Below are positions 12,401-25,431 of a stretch of DNA of 64,000 nucleotides, in pieces. Below the pieces are notes generated by a model. That model had not been told where the DNA came from and searched no databases. It saw only the letters and a list, made by a program, of their open reading frames with translations. Each line of letters begins with the position of its first letter. The first letter of the stretch is position 1. A program made the translations under genes and the position numbers. The DNA is from Haliotis rubra (lineage: Eukaryota). The stretch spans positions 310,001 through 374,000 of the forward strand of contig NW_025766558.1 in assembly GCF_003918875.1 (NCBI RefSeq), written 5' to 3'.

Positions 12401-15400
12401 TTTACATTTTTGACCAATAAAATCATGAGGATTTTATGTTTTGAGCAGGGAAAATTAATTTATTTATTTTCTTATTCTTGAAAAAATACCACTGATCGGA
12501 AAAACAAGAGATAAATTGGTCTGGCCTAATATATAAAATCATACCAATACACAAAAGAAATCTTATAACTACTGAAACTGCTGCTAGATGCCATGCAGTA
12601 CTGGGAGAATCCCAGGTGCAGCAGCCCCAACACTTCTGTCCAAGACACAGATCGGGATATCAGACCAGTCCTCAGAACAGAGCTGTCAACAACTGCATTG
12701 ACTACAATGCCAGATGTCCAGTATCACCAACAGAACCATTAACTACTAGTTCCCTTGTTACCTGCCCATCATTGCTATGTCATCACTTTTGTTGTTTCAA
12801 ACATACTTATAGAGCTATCTGCTTCCTAGTTTTTCATTCACCTTATCACCTTAACACATTGTGTTCCTTCTGTTAAAGAAGTTGACAGCTATAAATTCTC
12901 CTCTGTTACTATGTTCATTGGGAAAATTGGTGATTATCAATCGATTTAAACATTCAGTGATCTTGGGATAATTCCCCCACACAGATTGTTCCACTCAAGG
13001 AGCTGCCAGCTGTTACCATGGTTACAGACAGTGCACTGCAAACTGCTGATGTCTGGAGACTTGGAAGCTGGCTGGTGTACCAAGAAGTCACACAGTCAAT
13101 GATTTGGAAATTAATGGAATTCTCATGAGATCTTACAGGAAAATACCCAATAAACAATAAAATTCCTTTGTAATAAATGTGTTGTGGTAGAGCTGCTACT
13201 TTTCAGAAGCGATTGAAAGTACTATAGGAATTTACCATTTCAAAATAGACTTTAATAAACAGCATGCTATTATGGTCAAATATTGAAGCCACTAGAGTGA
13301 TTTGAATAGCTGTATTGGTAAAATTGCATCATAAGAAAACAACGTAGTCTACACAAGCGAGTGAGTATGGTTTTACGCCGCTTTTAGCAATATCACGGCA
13401 GGGGACACCAGAAATGGGCTTCACACACTGTACCCATCTACACAAGTTAATCAAGAACTATTTCTTGACTATGTAATACCACAGGAAAATAAGAGTGACC
13501 AATGCTGAGGGAGACCAGTGTTCATTCACCTCGTTTGTCAAAGGCTTCGTCATTTGACCCTAGCCATGCTTGCTTCCTCTACGTGGACCCTCTAACTGGT
13601 TCTACGTGGACACTCTAAATGGTTCTACGTGGACCCTCTAAATGGTTCTACGTGGACACTCTAAATGGTTCTACGTGGACCCTCTAAATGGTTCTACGTG
13701 GACCCTCTAAATGGTTCTACGTGGACACTCTAAATGGTTCTACGTGGACACTCTAAATGGTTCCCACGTGGACACTCTAAATGGTTCTCTCGTGGACACT
13801 CTACTAACTGGTTCTCGTGGACACTCTAACTGGTTCTACGTGGACACTCTAAATGGTTCTACGTGGACACTCTAAATGGTTCTACGTGGACACTCTAAAT
13901 GGTTCTACGTGGACACTAACTGGTTCTACGTGGACACTCTAAATGGTTCTACGTGGACACTCTAAATGGTTCTACGTGGACCCTCTAAATGGTTCTACGT
14001 GGACACTCTAAATGGTTCTACGTGGACACTCTAAATGGTTCTACGTGGACCCTCTAAATGGTTCTACGTGGACACTCTAAATGGTTCTACGTGGACACTC
14101 TAAATGGTTCTACGTGGACACTCTAAATGGTTCTACGTGGACACTAACTGGTTCTACGTGGACACTAACTGGATGTGGACACTCTAAATGGTTCTACGTG
14201 GACACTCTAAATGGTTCTACGTGGACACTCTAACTGGTTCTACGTGGACACTCTAACTGGTGGACACTCTAAATGGTTCTACGTGGACACTAAATGGTTC
14301 TACGTGGACACTCTAAATGGTTCTACGTGGAGACTCTAAATGGAATTTGTTGTGCATGTTACCATGGTTGTATACAATCCAAACTATTTCATCTCCAGCA
14401 AGTGCCTACAGTTGTATTTGAAATGAAATACACAACTGGTGTTTCATTGTGTTTGATTGGTGGATTGAGAGTGGGTGAATGAATTTAATTTTACACCGCC
14501 TTTAACAATATTCCAGCAATACACCAGGTACACCAGAAACTGGCTGCACTGGCACACAATTTACCTATGTGCTGACTCGAACTAGGGCATGACGAGTGAA
14601 AGCTTTCACCACAAGGCTACCTCCCCTCCCCGTTGGATTGAGGAGGCCACAAGGTCTGAGATACTGAAGTCAGGGGCAACTAGTGCAGACAAATTTGTAG
14701 TCTGTCTCACAGTCCCCGAACTACATTATTTTCTACCATCTAGCTCCTTCTGTAGCACAAATGCATTAATTGAATCAAGTCCTCAGATTCTGATTCTCTG
14801 AGTAAACTGGGGCTCTTTTCAATTTCAACAGTTATTTGTTTCTATCAGAATGATTTGCAACAGGATTGTCAGAGAGTTAATCTAACAATATTGCTGTCCA
14901 AACAAGTCTGATAGAAGCCATTAAATGTTCGTTTTACAAGAGGCTATTGCAATCGACATGTTTGCATCTAAATGGCAAGAGTGGTTAATTCAAGCTTGTT
15001 TTAAATCTAACTACAAAAGAGTGTTACTTGTACTTTTCTCCCATCAACGTGTGTATACCTCAGGCTCTGCATGTCCACCTGGGACGTCCCACAGACCAGG
15101 AGCCTCGCCACAATGTACACTTCTCCTCAGCAGAATCACACGATTATCACTGGTCAACACAAACGATCCGACGCCAAGAGGATCTGACAGATAAACCTGA
15201 GGGTTGTTACAATATTGACGACCTAGAGTTTGATATAGCTCTACGTTAGGAGACCAGTTGCTTCCTATATATTCTTTATAACATGTTACACCGAGATTTA
15301 CGGTTAGTGCATCGCCCTCAATCGATACTGAATCTATCCTGAACTTGGTACCATTGTATAGCTTGGGATTTTTGGCGAGACGATCACTCCACACAGTTTC

Positions 15401-15535
15401 AACATTGTGTTCCATTGCTTCTGGCAGTCTTTTTCGATTGTATGTTTCCGACAATATCACTCGCATTTGAGAACGTAGTACTAAATTTGATCGACACACA
15501 TACATGATGTCAGTGTCAGGATCTAAAGATGCCAT
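9468..15535 (-). CDS. NUDT22: Nudix hydrolase 22 (UDP-glucose/UDP-galactose pyrophosphatase), 3 coding exons, 294 aa
   Basis: Exons 15535-15059, 10011-9806, 9669-9468; GT-AG, phases consistent, 885 nt. Motifs LYNGTKFR, DPLGVG, WDVPGGHAEPE, FDSILREIRDEVNLP, GIARNTTSASRPSMEF, EADEST, MAPSGKG match NUDT22. Confidence 0.93.
10097..10795. repeat. Minisatellite, 31-bp unit (NUDT22 intron 1)
   Basis: Unit like ggatgtagacaggttctaccatgtgtctgct / gatgcagaggacttctaccatgtgtctgc. Confidence 0.95.
11590..12088. repeat. Minisatellite, ~24-bp unit, with an internally inverted block
   Basis: actatagggttccatgtaa units at 11590-11688 and 11996-12088; reverse-complement units (ggaaccctatagtggacattacat) at 11690-11992. 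Confidence 0.95.
12273..12528. mobile_element. MITE with ~30-bp imperfect TIRs
   Basis: tagggccagatcaattttatttcttgtttt versus aaaaacaagagataaattggtctggccta. Confidence 0.7.
13359..13437 (-). mobile_element. SINE family A, truncated
   Basis: gagtgagt tail plus ggggacaccagaaatgggcttcacac core; flanked by tctacacaag on both sides. Confidence 0.8.
13577..14340. repeat. Minisatellite, 23-bp unit
   Basis: Unit ggttctacgtggacactctaaat, about 33 copies. Confidence 0.97.
14468..14631 (-). mobile_element. SINE family A, old diverged copy
   Basis: caatattccagcaat...acaccagaaa...accacaaggctacc; flanked by tggattgag repeats. Confidence 0.65.
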
Positions 15536-16017
15536 ATTATTGATACTGGATGAAGTTCAGACTTAAGTTTATATCGCACACATGTCAGCTCCGACTTTTC
15601 AAACTTGTAAACGAGGGAAGTTATTTACACGCATGCGCAAATTCTGTTGCGCTTTCAGCGTTTTGTAGACAGTGGACCAGTCAATACATGCTACACAAAA
15701 CTATTCTCCGTTTTTCGACAAATTGAATGTGCTCCTGGGCAAAAACTTTCAGTTTTCCTCTTAATTATATTTACAAAAATGTAATAATATTATTTTCATT
15801 TTATATATGCACTGTGGCATCATGAATGTCACTTATTTTAGTAATACAAAAACATAGCAAACGGTAGTTGCAAGGAAATATTACCATGTGCCTTAGCAAC
15901 GGAAGCTATCGTTTGCGCATGTTCCACTTACATAGAAACGGTGTAAACAACCATTACCCCTCGACAACATTTACCTTCTCCACATTTGTGTTAACGCTCA
16001 CTACAAGATAACACGAC
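15536..16017. promoter_or_regulatory. Bidirectional promoter region NUDT22/RSPH9 with X-box-like, forkhead, ETS and NRF1-like motifs
   Basis: 482 bp between divergent ATGs. gttgcaaggaaat 15867-15879, gtgccttagcaac 15888-15900, cggaag 15900-15905, gtaaacaa 15943-15950, cgcatgcgca about 15630-15639. Confidence 0.6.
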
Positions 16018-18320
16018 ATGGAATCCGAGGGTTTACATCTGAATATTGACTACGTCGGTAGCAGCGGCGTTGTTCTTAGTCCAGAACAGAAAGCAGCCCT
16101 TCAGACATCATTAGTGATTTTACAAAATGAAAATAAGTTTCACAAAGTGTACTTCTGGGGGAAAATCGTCGGAGTCAAGGAAGACTACTTTGTTGCCCAA
16201 GGATTCGACAAAGATGAATTTGCTGGTCGCAAAACATTTTATAGGTAAGAAATCGAAGATAAATCACAATATTTAATGCCATTGCAAAGTCATTGTTACG
16301 TCGATGTCGACCATCATAAAACAGTTGTGTGTACAAGGAATGTGCGAGTCTCCGACCAAAACCCTTTCTTTTTCTACTAGAATAATAATGAAAAGGGGAT
16401 GCCTCAATCAAATTACTTAAGTGCAATCTGCATACCGAGCTCAAACAAAACCGCAAGTGCAATAAAAAAATTCTGTGACTTTTAAATCTATATAAGTCAA
16501 TAATGTCATGATAGTGTGGTTATACTTGCGATCTTCGGGAAGTAAATCATTAATGTTGTTAGAATGCTGCCCTTTTTGGAGAGAGTATAAGCAATTATAT
16601 CAGTCTTTCTATTTTTCGAATATGCACATTATGAGGATGTTCAAAGAGATATGCAGTGTTATGCATGTATACCTGCTTATTACTTGTTAATGTGTATTGT
16701 ATAATCAGCATCACAACTTAGGCTGCTGTTCTCATCTTGTAGCAAGGACTGTATCCACTGGGGCCTCCTTCCACCAGCAACAAAAATGATGCGAGATCAG
16801 AGTAAGCTTGCCAAGGGTCGCTTTACTGGAGACCCTTCATATGAGTATGAACATGTGGAAACGAAGAAAGTAGGAGAAGGCGAGGATGCCACAGAGGAAG
16901 AAGAAACGGTGAGTGGGGCTCGAACATGTGCTATATCTAGAATATCTAGTGGGAAAATATAGTTAAGTTGACAAGATGTGAAGGTAGCCAGTGTGACACT
17001 GTTGTTTATATTTTATTAGCTGACAATCAAGGAGGAGGATCGTCTGGCATCTGTCATCACTGAGATTGATGAAGACGTTCGCATTGTCCCACGTGCTGCT
17101 TTCATCAAAACTCCAACTGGACAAGTGATCTCTAACAGGAGTTTTGAAGGTCTGTTTTTTAAAGCTATTGTGAATTTTTCATATCATTTTACGCTATAAC
17201 AGACATAAAAATGAGAGATTATTATTTGAGCCAGCTGGTTCCAACATGCAAATGTTGTCATGTGACTCACACTGAAAATTACCAAGAAGGCAACCCAACT
17301 TTTGTACGAAGAACATGCTTATTGCAGCATAACCCAGGCTCAGTAATAACACATTGCAAACTGTTTTGTCATTCAACAGTCATGTTAAGTCTAAAATAAG
17401 TTCTAGTCTTTTGTGTGACGTGATATGTACACCTTGGACCTTAAACCCTACTTAGTCCAAAATATGATATTATATTTCCCTATAAAATAATCCATTTTCA
17501 TAAATCAAATTCAGTTTGTATTTTATGGCAAAACTTGTTTAGATAGATCATACTTCGATTCCAATACAAAACTAATATCAATTATCTAGTGAGGTTTTGT
17601 AACTGTAACCGTTACTGTACTACCCATTCTATTGCTTCATTGTATCATGTGCCACTGTACTTGCAATTATAAGGAGAAACTGTGACATTAAGATAAGTGT
17701 GGATATTTCCCAGAGGTACTTGAAACTTCTGATGTTATTAAATATAGCAGAGGTTGTGATTGATATTTTTCTTGGTACATATATGCTCCACAACCCATTT
17801 TCTTGTGGTTGTAAGTGTACTTCAGGTTATGGAACACCAGTGAACCATTTAGCCTTAGTAAGCAATGAATTGACCATTGTGTGCAGGTCTGTCTGTGTCG
17901 GAGGCAGCCAAGCTGTGCAACTACTTCCACTTCCGTGAACCCCAGCTGATCAGCGAGCAGAGCATCCTACAGCGGGCTAGTCTGGACAAGGCCATTGATT
18001 TCATGGACTCCGTGGAGGAGGACATCCCCCGAGGTAAGCCAACATTTCCATAATACTACTAGTACTGTCAACTTGAACACAACCTGCTGCTTGAGTTATG
18101 GTACCTGTCCCATCGTGTAATTTGATATGTGAATACAAGGAGTGTTGTTTTGTTTCTAGGCTCCTGGAGTCTACAGTTTGAGCGTGGTAGTGGCCTTGTG
18201 ACTCTCCGCAGCCTGCTGTGGCAAGGCTACATCTTCTGTCACGTCCCAGGACAGCGCAAGTTTGGCTCAGTGTACTTCGGCACTGGCGAGAAGAACTTGG
18301 ACCTGCCATTCATGTTGTAG
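16018..18320 (+). CDS. RSPH9: Radial spoke head protein 9 homolog, 5 coding exons, 276 aa
   Basis: Exons 16018-16244, 16743-16908, 17020-17149, 17887-18033, 18160-18320 (831 nt). Motifs LSPEQKAALQTSL, FWGKIVGVKEDYFVAQG, KGRFTGDPSYEYE, KEEDRLASVI, GSWSLQFERG, YFGTGEKNLDLPFML. AATAAA at 18429. Confidence 0.96.
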
Positions 18321-18839
18321 GCCACCTTGATCATCTGTACATAGCCTCACCATGCCTACATCATTGTGTACTCCGCCTGTCACATCCTTTATATAAAGAA
18401 GATCCAAGTAACACCCATTGTTAAATATAATAAAACATTATTGATAATGCATTGTAGTTTGTGTCTACTTATGAGACCCCAGGCTTGCTGTGTTTCCCAC
18501 TACGGAGGTGTTGTCTCACTGAAGCACCCTGCACACTGGTCTAGCACAACTAAAATCAAACAGAGACAAAAGGCATCTTGATTTTTTATTAGTTTCTACT
18601 CTGCACACACACACGATCTTCCGTGCCCCTACCATGCACATACACCATCTTCCAGTGGTGGTGTCTCCAGGGTGCAGGGCACAATACACAGGGTGTCTTA
18701 CATCAAGGTACACAGTCTGTCACACCACACTCTTCATGACAAAGGTTGCATTGTTCAGAACACGTTGATGTCACCTACTGTGTCTTCTAACACAACATCA
18801 TGTATTTGTTTTGACCTAAAGTATCATCATCAATCCTCC

Positions 18840-21800
18840 TCATAATATACATTGTATTTTTTTCCACTTGAACTGTGAGTGTGGCTGAGTCCTCTCTTTC
18901 CCACTGGGCAGATCAGGTCGGAATGTTGGCAGTAGGCCTGGAACAAACCCATTCATGTTAGAATTTTGCCAGACACTAATTACAAATGGAGAATGGAAGC
19001 AAACAAATGAATCATAAAAGGTGAGGTGAGGTGAAATAGGGTTTAACGTCGCACTGGAGAATATTTCGCTCATTGACGACGAGCATGCGTGTGTATGTGT
19101 ACGTGCAGCTGCTTGTACTAGCCCAGACTGAAGCTGGTTTTATAGTGCTAGCCCACTGAGATACAATGTCGCAGTGAAGCAAGAATACCCCACTCAGACA
19201 CATTATACTGACTCCGAGCCGACCAGTCCTTGTTGTACCCATTAATGCCGAGCGCCAGGCAGGGACCAACAAGTACCATATTTTAACGTCTTTTGGTATG
19301 ACGTGGTCGGGGATCGAACCCGCGACCTTCCGCTCTCTGAATCATATAATGTAAGGAAGACAGGAAATTGCATGTTACAAATTACAGTCATTTCTGACCT
19401 GGCAAGAAGTCCAGAATATCAGTGGTTGACTTTATTCAATCTAATATTGAAATCCACAATAAGTAAAAGGCCTAAGTACAGTTTCTGTAAATCATGAGGA
19501 GCATGTCATACAACCCCCAAACATTATCTCTGCCTGTCCCTTCTACTCGATAGTAGATGGACCCATCCCTGCAGGGTGTTGGTGAGACTGAGTATCCCTA
19601 GTGTAGCCACAGTGTCCACACATTACCTACCTGCCCTCTGAGCTTGGTGTATCAGCTTCTCCAGAGATCGCTGCTGTCTCTTACACACGCCTGTTACCCG
19701 CCTGGGAAGGAGGCAGCCATCAGGACGAAGAAACTGACTGAGAATGAGCACATCCTGAAACAACAGTTGCAAAAAATAGAAAACCACTAAAAAAATAATA
19801 TTTTGTTGATATCAAATATGTCAACACTCATAGATAATAGTTTAAAACTCCACAGATTTACTAGCTTGTCATCAGTAATAACCAGTCTCTTCACTGTGTA
19901 CATCAAAGCAGCTTCAGCGACTGCCATAACAATGATCAGACACCTTACCCGTGTCTCTTGATGAAGCAAGTTTCGGATGAGTAGGAGAATCACTGACACT
20001 AAACTAGATGGGTATTTGCTCGTTTGATAGTAAACGTTTTCATGCGAAAGTCTATGATGGCAAAGAAGTATTTGTAAAGAAATATTTTAAATTCATCAAA
20101 GTTAGCAATGTAATTTCAATATCAATTATTTTTTCTGATTATAGTATGGAACATGTTAAACAATTATCTCTATGTTTTATCCTTAACCTCGGAACTCATG
20201 ACAGCAGCTGAACAAACAAGTCAACACATTCAACACATCATAGGTGGCCAATCTACAGAGGAGATGTCGGAGATTAATTCCACTTTCTTCTATACTTATA
20301 CAAATTTACTAACTTTCATCAAGGGTACCCATCCTTCCACAACAGGAAGTCCTGAGTTTCGAGTGATTGCTATGTCAGCAGTAGCCTTGCAGTAAACAAC
20401 CAACCATCAACAGTTGATATTAAAATATCATAAGCTGTGTCTACATGGGAGCAACTCATCCACACATTCTACTGACCGTGTACTTGAGGTCGGTATGAAC
20501 CTTGCACAAGGGGCACTTGACCTCTGAGTTGCCTGGCAACAGGTAATCAGTCCGACTGGATGGAACCTTGACACCTTCAATCTGGAAAAAAAACAGTCAT
20601 CAACATCACAAGTTGAATCCATTTTGTCCACTGTTCATTTCTGATGGCGTATGTAAATATCTCAAGTTTGGGAAATAACATGTCTCAAGATAAAGAGACT
20701 ATTGTCTAAACATTGACAGTCAACCTATCAATAACAACAAGAGAATACTTATCTGCAGATTATGGCCTACAAATCGATTCATTGTCTCTAAAAGGCGCTA
20801 TTCATATGTCAAAAGAACTACATGCATTGAAAACTCTTCACTTGAATGATACAGTAACCTTTGTCTATGAGTTCCTGAGTTTTGTGGATTATCAAAATAA
20901 TTATTATGGAGGTGTCGCTACTAGAAACGGTTTCCTGAGAGAAGCCTTGTATCAAAACATTGACTGAGTGAACACTGTGAAAACCTGGAGTGTAATTTTT
21001 ATAAGAATATACTCATCAGATGTTTCAAATTCCTACTTCAAATATTGAATTATATAAATTACTTGTGTCCATTTTACACATATTTTGCAACCAGTAATAC
21101 CCTGCATGCATCATATATTCATCATCCAGAATGCACTGAGCAAACATTCCAGCTGCCCTTAACAGCCTTGTTTAATTGGCTGGTTCTTGGAAGACGACAA
21201 TGGCAAAATACTACACACAACGCCTCTGAGTGACACTAGTATGATGTAAACCGGTACTTTCTGGCTTTATCTGTGAACATGAGGCATTAAGTATACTACA
21301 TGTATATAGTAATGGAGCTTAAACTGATGGACAGAGAGTGGTCTGGTGAAGTCAAACAACTTGCATGTTTTGGAGTATGACAGATTTGCTGGTACAAGGC
21401 ATCTGGGTGAGTTTTGAATTGGTAAAATACAAACATACACACAGCAACATGTCTATTCATGATGTATGCAGAGCTTGGTTAGTTCATAATCTAGACTGAT
21501 TCCAAAGTCGTATTTAGCGTGAAAAAACAAACATGACATATGTAATTAAAAGAAATAAACAGTTTAGTGATGAATATACTTCGATGTCTTGGACCACATG
21601 AAACAAAGGTCTCTTGTTGATACCTGACTGTTGACATCACCAGTAAAATCTAAACCCATGCTGTGCATCACTGCAGAGCTGAATGCAATCACATGACACA
21701 CTGTCTTATGGTTTTACAAATGTGTTTCATGTAGCTATTCATTCTTCTGACAATGGCATGGTTACTGATTGTGAGATGTTTTTATTGTACCCCAATAGTA

Positions 21801-22737
21801 TGAGATGTTGCTTATGATATCAATCACTAGTTTGTTCCAGATAAGGAGCCATGTCAAAGGAGGACTATTACTGCCATCCTTGTTAAACAAAGAACAAATG
21901 TATAGGCAGTCTTTGAGGTGAGTGTCGGGATCGAACCCATCCCGGCGGACGCTCTCAAATGGAGATGTCAAAATTGATTAGTTTTTCAAATTATGAGCAC
22001 TGTTAGGCTTATGGCTGTCAAAAAGGGGCATCTTTAGAATATGGATCACCTTTGGGCTGTTGGTTGTCAGTGTGGTGCACCGTCAGATGTCTTCCATATA
22101 TCACTCACATGTCAACCAAGACAAGCACACATTTGTTTGCGGGAATCAATCTTAACTGTGACCTCCAGCTAAGTTGAGTTAAAGGACTGGGAAGATGTAA
22201 TTAAATTTGGGTCAGAAATCATCATAACCAGTTACTACTCACCACAGTTGCATTCTCTGTTTGTGTTTCCCTGACTGTAACACAGAAGACAAGGAGCATC
22301 AAGCACAGGAACAACACACATGTTTGGGATATTTATACAAAGTTACATACCATCTTCACAAGCAGTATTTGAGTTATGGGTTATAATATGTAGTGCACAG
22401 TGAGTATTTCGATACGCATCAGTTTAAAGGGCCAGAAGGTTATCCTTATTGTTCCTGGTCATATAACATGAAAATTCAAACACTGAAATAATGATATACT
22501 GTAGAATCTGAGGTGTTTCCATCACGATGTGTAATAAGTGTTATTGAACTGATCGAAATCTGAACAACACATGTGTGTCTACTGTCAGTCTATAAACAGC
22601 AACATATGAGTACCTTCTTTCAATTGGTTGCGGTTTGTTGTAGTAAATAATCGACAGAGCGCAGCCATCGGTGATCCATGTGCGGTGGCTTGACGGCTGG
22701 ATCTCAAAACACACGTCAAAACACTTCCCCAAAGCAT
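18840..22737 (-). CDS. MRPS18A: Mitochondrial ribosomal protein S18A (mL66/bS18a), 5 coding exons
   Basis: Exons 22737-22614, 22274-22243, 20581-20477, 19754-19631, 18937-18840 (stop at 18830-18832 if a 7-A run is really 6). Translation: mitochondrial-presequence-like N-terminus, [48 protein letters not shown]...AQRAGLLP. Minus-strand AATAAA at 18585-18590. Confidence 0.92.
19021..19335 (-). mobile_element. tRNA-derived SINE, family C (Meta/MESC-domain-like), in last MRPS18A intron
   Basis: B-box (ggttcgatcccc) on minus strand near 19310-19320; core cattatactgac...ccgaccagtcc...taatgccgagcgccaggc; (gtgag)n tail. Confidence 0.75.
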
Positions 22738-23536
22738 GGCTGCTCTCCACTCAAAGGGACATAACTGCTACGCTAATACTACATGTATTCATATAACTTG
22801 ATGTTCGATGTCACCTGCACCCTAAGTTCAAATCAAGGTTTTCATTCGTATGAATTTCCTTCATTTTGCAATATGGATTTTGAGCTGTACATTAATTTTC
22901 TGTTGTCAGAATATTTCCTTCATTTCTTCTTCCTATTTCTATTATTTAATCTATATTTCAGGGGTTTTTTTCCAAACTTGAAATTTTGAGTACTTTTGTG
23001 GTCTATCAATTTTGTTTGTTAATTTCTTGTCAGTTAGTGTGTTTCTTTGTTACTTCAAGTTTCTTTTAAAACGTTGAAATTTTGAGTATCTTCTTGCTGC
23101 TGTGATAGATTTCTCATTGACCGGGTTCATGTATCTGGTGTTCTTTATGAATAAAACATTAACTTCAGTCAAATATATCTTCTCTTTATGAAAACTTTAC
23201 TTCCAAATATTTTCTCGTTGCTTCGATTTTACTCTCGTTACTTTCTCATCCAAGTTTCTTGGAGGTACACATATATTGCCATTATGGAAAAAACCCCGAC
23301 ACTTCTTAGAAAAAAACAGTTCACACTAAATTTTGACTGTTCTGTTATGTCAATGTTTTATAAAAAGCAATATTCAATCTGTTTTAATCTTCTGTGTTTT
23401 CTTAGCTTTTAGATTTTGTAGGGCGAAACAGTGAATGATATAGAAGTAACAAGAAAATAATTGAAGGAATGAGAAAATATTGTAAATTTCACATACTTGT
23501 ATTTTTGAAAGTTTTTAAAAGAAATAATTTACACAA

Positions 23537-23870
23537 TTCACACAATCAGGAAAGTCAAACATCACCAGTGTACAATGACACACAATCAGGAAAGTCAAAC
23601 CTTGTCAACAGTGTACAATGTCACACAATCAGGAAAGTCAAACCTTGTCACCAGTGTACAATGTCACACAATCAGGAAAGTCAAACCTTGTCACCAGTGT
23701 ACAATGTCACACAATCAGGAAAGTCAAACCTTGTCACCAGTGTACAATGTCACACAATCAGGAAAGTCAAACCTTGTCATGCCACCAGTGTACAATGTCA
23801 CAAAATCAGGAAAGTCAAACCTTGTCATCAGTGTACAATGTCACCCAATCTTGTCTTTCACACATGAACC
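23537..23870. repeat. Minisatellite, 43-bp unit
   Basis: Unit tcacacaatcaggaaagtcaaaccttgtcaccagtgtacaatg, about 7 copies, decaying to about 23970. Confidence 0.95.
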
Positions 23871-24092
23871 CAGTGAAGATCAATCAGGTTAGAATTTATC
23901 TTCTTGTCACCAGTGTATCAGGAAAGTCAAACCTTGTCCTGTCACACAATCGGATCTGGTCAAACCTTGCCACCAAATTCACCAGCCTCTCTGCCAACCT
24001 GACATTTGACACTACACTTACACAATCAGTCAGACAGTGATAATCCCATTTGATAACTCTAGACCACCATCACAGCTAACATTGTCATGCTG

Positions 24093-24290
24093 AACCCATG
24101 AAGATCCGGGTTAGCTGTTAGGGACTCACTGGAGCTTCTCTGTCTGACACGTCATCGTATCCCATTTGCGTAGATCGATCCTCATACTGTTGATCACTGG
24201 ATTGTCTGGTCCAGACCCGATTATTTACAGACCGCTGCCATATAGCTGGAATATTGCTGAGTGTTGCGTCAAACTACCCTCACTCACTCA
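24093..24290 (+). mobile_element. SINE-like repeat, family B, internally deleted
   Basis: aacccatgaagatccgggttag...gtcatcgtatccca...gattgtctggtccagac...ggaatattgctgag...(actc)n. Confidence 0.75.
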
Positions 24291-25431
24291 CCTTTACACA
24301 TGACTATGAACTGTGCTGACTTTACAGCCACATAAGGCTGACAAGTACATTTTCTACATGGACAAACTCAACACCCTCCTGTCAAGATCATATGAAAATG
24401 ATAATAGCAGTCCAACATTCACGCTTGTGTTCCCTTTTTGGCAAAAATATATATTAATCTTTTTCTAATGTAAGGATATAAGGTTGAATGTCTCACTCTA
24501 CTGACTTGTAAACTTTGTCCAGGACATCAGGGTGCTCCTCAGTCCATATCCCTCTCCTCCAGAAACATGACAAAACCTTCGTTCATAGTGAGATGACATC
24601 AATACGGTTGATGATATCAATGTAATCTAGCAGAGACATTCTAAATCTGCCAGTACTGAGATAATCCACCACAGGCTGCTGACCTGTCATTGAGTCCTAC
24701 GTCTGTGTTTGAATTAAATATTCATTGTGAATGAATGTGGTGTACATAAAAATTTGCCAAGTTCAGTCCCTACAGTATGCTCAAAGGCCTACATTAATAC
24801 CTGTGTCAGTGGATCAGCATGCACTTGATTTTCATTCTCAACTTCCTGAGGAGCGTACAACTCAAGCTGACTATGAGGAGCTAGAAGGTCAACAGTCAGG
24901 TAACCATTGCATTCCACCAGGTGCTAAGTCAATACTTGTGAACAAAAGCTTAATCAAATAGAAACACCTTGCCTAAGGTCACATGTTTCAGCATGGGGCA
25001 GGACTGAAGCCCTTGAGACTTTCAAGTTGTCGAACTAGATCATCCGTCCAGTGAGTCTCTTGTCCAACTTAACTTGAAGTGTGACATGTGCACTTGTATG
25101 CCATCAGGTCAATCATGATTGACAAAGCCCACCTGGTAAATTAGTTTCTGCAATATCAACAACAGAGAAACAGGCTGAATGCAGGCCATGGTTTTAAAAG
25201 GACACTTCAGTTTCAAAGGTTCAGGATATTTAAAAAAAAAAATATTTTAAAGATAATAATATAGTTCAATCACTCATAAAACATCATTAAAATACAAAGT
25301 TGATTTTACCTTTATATAGATATTGAAATTTGCTTGAAATATACTTTCCCAGGAATACAAGAATAATACCAGTAGGAATTAGGTACAGGTGTTCCAGACA
25401 TATAATCACAGTATCAACTACTCAAGTCCAG

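Noticed and set aside
22760-23450. Possible highly decayed LINE upstream of MRPS18A
   Set aside because: Only compositional hints (A-rich minus strand, scattered motif-like words); no alignable domain by eye.
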